The translations under genes and the position numbers were made by a program. This document shows, in pieces, positions 54,535 through 64,000 of a stretch of 64,000 nucleotides of DNA. The stretch lies in NCBI GenBank assembly GCA_012295275.1, contig CM022671.1, positions 20,708,001-20,772,000 of the forward strand, read 5' to 3'. Source of the stretch: Chrysomallon squamiferum. Its lineage: Eukaryota > Animalia > Mollusca. Positions within the stretch are counted from its first letter, which is position 1, and each line of letters begins with the position of its first letter. The notes under the pieces were generated by a model, which saw nothing but the letters and a program-made list of their open reading frames with translations, had not been told where the DNA came from and made no database searches.

Positions 54535-56888
54535 TAAAAATAATAAATAAAATCTAAAATTAAAATTGAAAACATTATGTTAATCCAGCCTTTCTTGAGT
54601 ATTTTGTATTATAGGAACAGTTGTAGGAACATCCACGTATTACATATAAAAGAAGACAAAAAAGAAAACCGTCTTCCTTAACCTATATAGTTAAAACTCT
54701 TTGTTTGCTGATTTAAAAAAAAAAAAATAATAATAATTTTCTTAATTTCAGAATACTAAAGTTATATTTTTTGTTCTTCTTCAAACCTAAAATTTCACAT
54801 ACATAAAATTCATCTGAAAGCACTCAAACTGTAATTGTGATGGTTTAATTTTGTGGAAATTTTACAAAGATTTAAAATTCTGTAACTGATTCGGATTTAT
54901 CATGTTGTCAAATATATTAATATTGTCAGATTAGTGTTCAGTTGTGCTAAAAAGTTTTGTCTGGCACGAAAATTGCTACAGATTGGTGAAAATCAAATAC
55001 ATTAAAGGGTGTATTGAAATTTAAAGTACACTGAGCAATTACAGAACGAGGGTTTAAATTTAGTACCATTTATTGTTAAAAAATGATGCCGTAGTCTACA
55101 ATGTTCCCTTTTTATCACGTCCAGCCTCTCTTGAATCGACTGCTGGAGAAGTAGAAATCCCCAAAGATAATTACTGCTGGTATAATTCACTTTCCTGACA
55201 GCCGCTGTCTGAATACTTTCCAATCAAGTCTATAGGAATGTTCAGTTGCTTTTTGTCGTCTTGTACAAGAGTGACTGGAAACCTTGTGACTAAACCTTGT
55301 TTCTGGGTAATATTGCCTTGTCGAGATAATGATTATACGCTTGAAGAACACTCAAACACGTCCAACGGCATTTGAATCGTCCGCGAACTCACAGCGTAGG
55401 GCTAATGCGATCAATTTTGTCCGTGGACTACCTGCTTTCCCAGCTTTTCACACTCGATAAATGTCAACGCGGGGCGTAACTCATTTCGCCACTGCCAGAA
55501 TTGGCCGAGATTTTGAAATATTCGCTCAGGAAGAGACGCAGAGATATTACTGACAGTAATTCCGTTATATCTGCCGTCTTAATTTCACGTCCTTGCCACT
55601 GCTAAATTTAACTTTTGGAGACATAATTATGTATGAGACCCACACACAGTAATGTACTAAAGAAACTAAAAACATGAATCACTTCAGAAACCTAGTTTTT
55701 TTTTTTTTTTTTTTTTTAGTTTGGTTTTCAGAGAAGATTCTGTCTTGTTTGTAAAAATATACTTGATGCATTACGAGATGAAGCTGGAAATTTTAAAATA
55801 AAAGGGTGCTTTTCAGAATGGTTTCTTTGTATCGATAGCTTATAATTTCAGAAGCATATTCAATATTTTTTGTATCGAAATAAGTATCTTTAAGAATATA
55901 TCGTATCAGATGTTACAAGCTTTATCACAAAAAGTGTGGTGTAGCGAGAAAAGAGATACTAACTTTGTATGGAATGTATTGTACAGGTAAAAATAGGATA
56001 TCGCCTTGTAAGGCAAAACTTTCAAGATACTTAAATAAATAATGCGAGAAATTTAATACATGTTAATGTTATGAACAAATGAGAAACATTCTGGTGTATT
56101 AAGTAATATGGTGTAGCGCTGTTCGGGAATAAGACATTTTTCATCTTGAGCATCCTGTCCATAGGGAAAAAGAAAGATCGATTAGAAAGAACAAAGAATC
56201 AAAGATCACTGAAGAAATGGCTTGTTATATAAATATCATTTTTAGTTGATACTTGACCAGGTACAGATTAATAGAATACCATGATTATCACAAGCTGGTT
56301 TTGAATTTTAAATTAGAATGGAAAGGTCGAGTATATTTATTTTTGATTAGAATCAAGAAATGGTTTTAGAGAAACCGGGTAATCCAGAGCAAATTGGTGA
56401 CGTAGTTCGCGTAGACAAAACAAACATGAACACAAAGGCAAACATAATTCACAAATCGGTATTAATAATTTAGAAAAAAGAAAGAAAAGGCAGCAGGCCT
56501 GTCAACCATTCATTTGATTTGATGCATGCACACTGTAAATATGCTTCTAAACAACCTAACAATGAAACGACAAAAGGTGAAGCGAGTGTTTTTTATACAG
56601 AATGGTGGTGGTATTTTGCGTCATATGCGCGCTAAATAAGTAATGGGATGAAACGTACGTTGATGGTTTATTCTTTTATACTGAATAAACACATTGATTA
56701 GGTGCACCATTACCGAGGCTAGTACAAACTCCGTCTTGTATTAGCAACTTAAAGGTATCATTAACAGTGCGTTTTCATTACTGCCTGTTTTTAAATTATT
56801 CCAAGAGAAACAAATTAATTACATCAATGTTGGAGAGAGAGAGAGAAAGAGAGAGATGTGGAGAGAGTATATATATATAGATAGGCAG

Positions 56889-56894
<6 letters not shown>

Positions 56895-56981
<87 letters not shown>
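56895..56981. repeat. (GA)n microsatellite
   Basis: Direct reading. Confidence 0.95.
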
Positions 56982-56984
<3 letters not shown>

Positions 56985-57827
56985 TATAAATGAAAAATGA
57001 CTATGTGTTTAGTAACCACTGAGTTAAATATTTTATATCCCAAACATAACACAAACTGGAAATGACCTAATGCAGAATCCTTGTAGGAAAAATAGCGAGA
57101 AGAAGTAGAAATAGATACGTACGAAAACAAACAAAATACAAGCCTTAGTGTGCACTGGAACAAAACGTTTTAATTTGTTTTAACACGCAGGCAAGGTATT
57201 GATGTTTGTATTAAACGAATGATAATCTCCACTCACAACACACTGACTGTAATAGTCTTTTTGCACTTGATATAAATGTCAGATGTCCAATGGATTTGAG
57301 TTATTTTAGTACACATAAGGCGCAGGGCGCCAGGTTTAAGGATTGTAAAGTAGGATAGAATTGCAGTTCAAGCAAGCTTTCTACAACATATGACATCAAT
57401 GAAAACGCCCCGTGTTCTTTGTGTTAAAAGACATTGAAAAAATAAAACATTTACTGTTTAAGCCAGTAGCAATCGAATATATATATATATATATATACTG
57501 CTGCTGTTGCTACTACTACTACTGCTACTATACTGCTGCTGCTATGGTTACTGCTACTACTATTTCTACTATTGCTACTACTGCTTTAGCTATTATTACT
57601 ATAACAACTATTATAGCGACAACAGCTACCACCAGAACAACAGAACAACACAAACAAAAACTACAACTACCACTACACTACCATCACTACCGTTACTATC
57701 CACTACCACAACACCGCCATTATTACCAATATCAGTATTAGTATATTTTTACCACAACTATTACTATTTCTGTCATTAATTTATTGTTACTGCTGCTGAT
57801 AATGTAGTTGATAATAATAATAACAAC

Positions 57828-57882
<55 letters not shown>

Positions 57883-58972
57883 GTGAAAATAATCGAAATA
57901 ATAATATTAAGAAGGTTGTATGTTTCTTAACGTTAAAACATTGAAAGGTAAGTTTGCATCCTGTATTTACTTATCATTACCCGTACAGGAAAACTTTGAT
58001 TTTGCAGGCTAACAAAGAATAGAACCGTAACTAAGAGAGCAAATGATAATTTAAATAATTCATGTTCTGTTAGCTTGCTATCAGAATGCAGACTAGTGCA
58101 TACCGTAAACATCTTAATTATAGATTTCTTTTTCTTTTCAAACTAGTTTGTTCAAACTGGCCACTCTCACTGGCCAAATTCTCTGTAGAGTACGTTAAAA
58201 AAAAAAGATCTGCTTCTAATTAGTGTAAACTTGAAGTACTCTCTTTCTGCTTTCGCTGATACTACTAATAGAAAACAATCGCATATAAATTAATAATCTA
58301 TCATACTATGCGTGCCTGTCAGAATTCTGTTTGAATCATGTCAAAGGTACGATTAATTGCTTCGTGTTGTTACGTGATTATTAAGAAACCAAGCGCTGTG
58401 CAGATTGTTTCAAACCGAAAATGCTGATATAAATTCTCTTTGTATCGGAGTAACATTCAGATTTTATTGGCGTGAAATTTATATCAGCATTTGTATTTAT
58501 TTATTTATTTGAGAACAAAAAGAAAGAAAGAAAAACAGACGACAACAAAACCCCTCAAAAACAACAACCCCCCAAGAAAACTCCACACAACAACACAACA
58601 ATAAACAAACAAACAAAAATAAAATCAACCACTAATAATTTAATTTGTGAATCTTATTACCTCATTAATAAAATTATTTATTACAGTACAATTTTTAAAT
58701 TTAATATGAGCATAGTATTTGTTTGTTTGTTTTTATATTCAATTTCAGAACAGTCCTTTGATTTATTTTAGCACGGTATTAGTTTATTTGTTTATTTAGT
58801 TTTAAAGTGATTCATTTTCTGAATGTCACCTCTGTATTAAAAATAGTATTATTTAATTTTACTATGACTATACAGTTACAACTCATCATAAATCGTACAG
58901 ATGCATGTCCTTGTGAAAAGGTTTATTGGACCAACCTAAGTTTTGTTATTGTCTATTTTCTTAATACACAGG

Positions 58973-59041
<69 letters not shown>

Positions 59042-61804
59042 GTAAAATGAATTAAAGTTAATTATTGATTTCTAGCAGTCAGTTTATTTATTTAGTTATT
59101 TATTTAGTTATTTTTGTTTGTTTGCTTTCTTGCATTCTTCATTATTTTAATTAATTGTTATTTACTTATTTATATTTTCACGTTTGTCTTTTTACAATGG
59201 AGTCATAGTAAATAAAAAAAAAACCCACCTATATAACAGAATTTACGGTAATGACCTACTGATGTGGAAGCCGCCATCACTTTGATTTGAAGAACTCTTT
59301 AATTGTTAATTTCTAATCACAAAGCCAGACGGGTATGTTGGAACTGCCTAGGTAAATGGCATCAAGAATATCATCAATAATACTAAAATAATTCTCAGTA
59401 AATTTTTATCTTTATCTTCAGCTAGGAGCAGAAATAAAGATACGTTAACATTTTTACTTACAAAGCGAATATCATCAGCAAAAAGCTGTAACGTACAGTA
59501 ATTTTTACAGTAAATTACGATGAGCTGAAGAAGGTATTGTAAAAGATCACTTGCATAAATTGTACTCTTAGGATATATATACCATATATATTCGTGAAAT
59601 GTAAGAAATTCAGATTCATCTATTTTTTTAAATTTAAAAAAAAAAAAAAAAAATTATAAAAACCTAAACCGTTATGACAAATTTAAATAATAATAATAAT
59701 AAAAAGATGAAAAAAAAAAAAAAAAAATATATATATATCATTAAAAATATAATAATAATAATAATTTAAAGAAGAAAATACTTTTTTTTTAATAATTAGG
59801 AACTATGAAGTAGCTGACAACAGAAACAAATTCAAATTATTACGACCAAAAGATTTAAAAAATGTTTTTCGTCTTTGAAAATCTGAAGCTGTTTATTGAC
59901 GATTTGAAATGCCACGTTCTCTAGTCTTCTTATTTGTTCCCCACGTTGTACTGATAATTATTACATAGGTCATTAAATTTTCAACAAGTTGCAATTATTA
60001 TTTCTAAAATGTCTTTTCAAAGCTATATAATTTTGCCTATGGAAATTTTATCGAACGATAACGTACCAGGAAGTCATTTTTAAAATGAATAATATATCGA
60101 CTGATAGAGATAAATAAATTACTTTCATTCCAGCCGAAAAGCAACAGACAGAATCTTTAAATTTCATATTTTAAATTTATTTTACTCCACTGTCATTTTA
60201 AAATGTTTTAAATGTTCTTGTCTGTTTTATCCTTTATATATATTCATCTCGATTTAGTAATATTAGAAAAAAGAAACTGAACAACTAAGCAACACAATAA
60301 TGAATCGTCTAGTCAGTATACATTATGCAGAAGTTGATGATAAGATAACGCAGCAACTAAAAGACTAACTAAAACTCATCTAGGCTTAGGTGTGGCCATG
60401 GTTGATGCAACTTAAAACATCAATATCTTTTTGTTGGATCCAACATTCTAAAGACAATGGCATAGACGTTAATAAAACAAAAATAACAAAACAAAAAACA
60501 AAACAAAAATATACAAAAAACCTAATAATAAGAAAATAAACGCTAGGATTTATTTCATTATATTCATGTAACTGGTTTTAAATAATAAACTACCTAAACT
60601 GGCTTAGTTTCAGAGAGGGTTCTTTTATTGTCTTTATACTGAAGAGCTATTCACCAAGGGAGATAACAGGCATGATTAATAAATGCATTAGATATGGTCA
60701 AATGCATTAGAGTCACGATATGACGTTGTAGATCTAGTACATTATGACATGGCTTAGGAAAAAATAACTGATGTCCACTATAGATCATCTTTTTACCTTT
60801 ACTACTAATGTAAGTCTCTGTATTCTTAAAGGAGCCTCCGTCATTCGTTAATCGAGTCCTCATTTTAGAAGTCCAGAAATATCAAAGAACTTCATTATTA
60901 ATTACTTAGAGAATTATATTTTTATGTTTTTTCTGCTATTTCTGTACTGATTTTTTTTTTTTTTTTCCTTCTTATTAATACTTTCACTGATACAACTGTT
61001 ATGTTAAAACAGCTGAAACTCAACTTTGCCGTTTATTGCTGGGTTATATAACATCGCTACGACGCCAAAAATCCACTTAATGTTCGTTGAAATATTGTTG
61101 GGTAATTGTACATTCATTCCTTCAATCTCTGAATGAGTGTAAGTGTTTTTGATTGTCTTAAAAAGTCTTTCCTAAGAAACAATTAAAAAATTTATCAGAT
61201 TGGCCCACAGTGATGAATTATTGAACGAAAAACTGACTGAAACGTTTTGTTTTGCACTTTATATTTCGGGTTAAATGTTTCGTTGATTTCAAATATTAAC
61301 GTTTTTCATTTTTGAGACTTTGTCCTTTCGGCATTCACTGAGACAAACTAGGTTAAATTTGATACTTACAAATCGTTTACTCGATTTGTTTAACGGACCG
61401 TATCCTGTACTAAATTTCCTTTCGTATGGATAATAAAATTTGTCCAGCTTTCATTATTTTGTATTTTCTAATCGAAATACCAATAACAATTCCAAGCGAA
61501 TTAAGCGTTTGCAAACGAGAATCAACCTGCAGGACATTTTTAGTAAGAAGTTAACAGGTTTTTTTAAAAGTGTGTATTTGAGTGTATGTGTTTGTTTGTG
61601 TGTGTAATTTATTTTAACAAGTGCAGACTAGGTCGGCTAATCAGATTAGCTCTGGGTTATTTTAGTTACAAAATTTAATTAATCAAACAGTTACTTTTGT
61701 TTTCTTTAGGTTAAATGTATAGTTATCTCAGAGTATAATTAAAGGTATTTATTTATTTGCCCTTTATTACTGTTAGGATTGAAACATTTTGTTTGAGAGT
61801 AACA

Positions 61805-61836
<32 letters not shown>

Positions 61837-61981
61837 GTAGTAGTAGTAGTAGTTGTAGCAGTAGTAGCAATATTGTTATTGTTATTATAACTATTATATT
61901 ATGATAATGATAATGATGACGATGTTTCTTATGGCGATGTTAAGACAATAATATCTTCTTCTTTTTTTTTCTCTCTCTCAG

Positions 61982-63039
61982 ATGGTTTTGGTGCCCATAT
62001 TGAATTTAACAAATACGGCGATGGACCTGGTAGATACACTATAATGAACTATCAACTCAACAGATCCACGAGACACTACGAATACCGTGAAATCGGCAAA
62101 TGGGCAACGAACCTCGACATAGACACATCGAGAATCGTGTGGTCAGGAGGAACCATGGACATCCCCAAGTCCCGCTGTAGCGAACCATGTAAGACAGGGG
62201 AAATAAAGAACATGAGAGACGGCGATCCTTGCTGCTGGATCTGTACAAAGTGTATGCCTATGGAATTCGTTCGTGACGAAAAGACGTGCGAAGCTTGTCC
62301 CAGAGGAAAATGGCCGTACGAAAACAAAACTGCGTGTTACGATCTGGAAATAGAATACATGACCTGGGGAAGCATATACGCCATCATCCCAATGTGTCTG
62401 AGCACGATTGGCATAATGTGCACTGCTTTCACGATAATCATATTTCTCATACACAACGATACACCCGTGGTGAGAGCGTCCGGCCGAGAGTTGAGCTACA
62501 TGTTACTCAGTGGAAGTCTTTTTTGCTACATGATGACCTTCTTGTTATTGGCCAAACCCTCTCTCATCGTTTGTGCAGTTCAGAGGTTTGGGGTGGGCTT
62601 TGGCTTTTCGGTTGTGTATTCCGCCATTTTGACTAAAACCAACCGAATTTCAAGGATATTTGAAAGTGCTAGAAGGTCTGCTAAAAGACCTCCATTTATA
62701 AGTCCCAAGTCACAGCTTGTGATAGCAGGAATATTGGTTTTTATACAAATACTTTTCACGTGCGTATGGCTTCTGCTGGAACCGCCCGGCGTAAGACTTC
62801 ATGTTGACGAAGGGAAAGCGCAAGTAATTCTTAAGTGTAAAAGTGACGATCTCTCGTTTCTTGTGTCTTTAGTGTATAACATGCTTCTTATTATAATATG
62901 TACTGTGTACGCAATAAAGACAAGAAAAATTCCCGAGAACTTCAACGAATCAAAGTTCATTGGATTCGCCATGTACACCACTTGCATTATTTGGCTAGCC
63001 TTCGTTCCTATATATTTTGGAACGCTCAATTCTTTTAAG
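61982..63039 (+). CDS. GRM3: Group II mGluR, second coding exon: end of VFT, nine-cysteine domain, TM1-TM6
   Basis: The acceptor is a long pyrimidine tract ending CTCTCAG at 61981. Joining G(43076)+AT keeps the frame and gives SLSFD-D-GFGAHIEFNKYGDGPGRYTIMNYQ, continuous with ORF 62044. The exon has the cysteine pattern CSEPC..CCWICTKC..CEAC..C and the motifs TPVVRASGRELSY, ILTKTNRISRIF, PFISPKSQL and KTRKIPENFNESKFIGFAMYTTCIIWLAF. It ends at phase-0 donor AAG|GTGAGT (63040). Confidence 0.96.
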
Positions 63040-64000
63040 GTGAGTATAAATATTAGTGGGTTTAAGTCGGTTTTTATACTTTAATGTCTCGTTTGTTTTG
63101 GTCAGTTTTCTTCCCATCATCCAGCCATCTGATCATTTCTCAAGTTGTTGTTGTTTTTAAGCATTTCAAAGAAATATATTAATTCTAATCAGTTATTATT
63201 TATTTATTTTTATATATTTTTTTGTTATTATTATCACCATCAATGTTATTTTACCGTCAGTTATTTATTACTTGCTGCTTATCTTTCTATTTATCGTCAT
63301 CATCACCATCATCACCATCATCATATTACTATTATCATCATCATTAATTTATATTAATTATATTTATTTATTGACATATGTTTCTTACTTAATAAGAAAT
63401 GTATGCACTGACTATGTTTGTATCCTTAAATTGTGTTTGTGTGTAAACTTGTGTCAGTACAGCCGGCTAAATCCAGAAAATACACATAGCAACTACTTGG
63501 ACAACTCGTTTTCCATCGCCTTGATAAACTGACTAAATCCGATTTGTCTAATATACACTTGCCCTCAGTCAACAAAGACCGGCAGGAACATATTTTCGGC
63601 TCCACTTGATCCATCCAAATATTGGATTGGCGTGACTCTCTTTGTATTCATGAACTTTGTGCAACCCATAGACTAAGTCAATTGTGTCAATGTCCATTTA
63701 CAACTTTCCTTAGCGGCAAAGAAGCAGCATATATGGTTTAATGGTGGAGTGTTTCAAATGAAATGCGGGAGTTCATACGATCGATCCTCTTTATTAGCGA
63801 ATTTGTCTGTATTTTTTCTTTACTAAAGACGAGCGATAAAGAATTCTCAATTTTCAAGTAGCTTATTGTTACTACTACTACCGCAATGACTGCTGCTACA
63901 TCAGTAATAACTGCTACTGGCTATTACTATCCATACCCTATTATTTTTCTTCTAACAAACAAGTACTGTCATCATTGTCATAGTCATCATCATCGTTATC
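63040..64000 (+). other. Start of the next mGluR intron; the gene continues beyond the window
   Basis: A GTGAGT donor follows TM6/ECL3. No TM7-like coding sequence was seen in the remaining low-complexity DNA. Confidence 0.85.

Larger units (their letters stand above)
43077..61981 (+). other. Phase-1 GT-AG intron of the mGluR gene (18,905 bp)
   Basis: It begins GTAAGT and ends with a polypyrimidine tract plus CAG. The spliced protein is in frame and colinear with mGluR family motifs, with no obvious missing segment. Confidence 0.92.

Noticed and set aside
62057-63029. Antisense and alternative-frame ORFs overlapping the TM exon (also 41181-41465 near the first exon)
   Set aside because: These are expected shadows of a higher-GC coding or UTR region, with no independent evidence.

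Overview
AT-rich, microsatellite-dense animal genomic DNA. A protostome invertebrate, probably a mollusc, is inferred from the repeat types and the receptor sequence, but this is not proven. The only well-supported protein-coding gene is a + strand group II metabotropic glutamate receptor (GRM2/GRM3/Drosophila mGluRA-like). One large exon (acceptor at 41209, coding to 43076) encodes the signal peptide and Venus-flytrap domain. An 18.9-kb phase-1 GT-AG intron (43077-61981) follows. A second exon (61982-63039) encodes the cysteine-rich domain and TM1-TM6; TM7 and the C-tail are not seen and presumably lie beyond the window. The first 41 kb looks like upstream or 5'-UTR-intron space. It holds candidate non-coding exons, a decayed LINE 3' end, copies of an old tRNA-headed SINE family (also present in the intron), degenerate minisatellites and motif-rich islands. 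Most other ORFs in the track are microsatellite artefacts. I found no convincing new biological system. The most unusual items are a scrambled patchwork of locally templated fragments at about 4.5-5.05 kb, a dense uORF array in the receptor leader and a palindromic double E-box.
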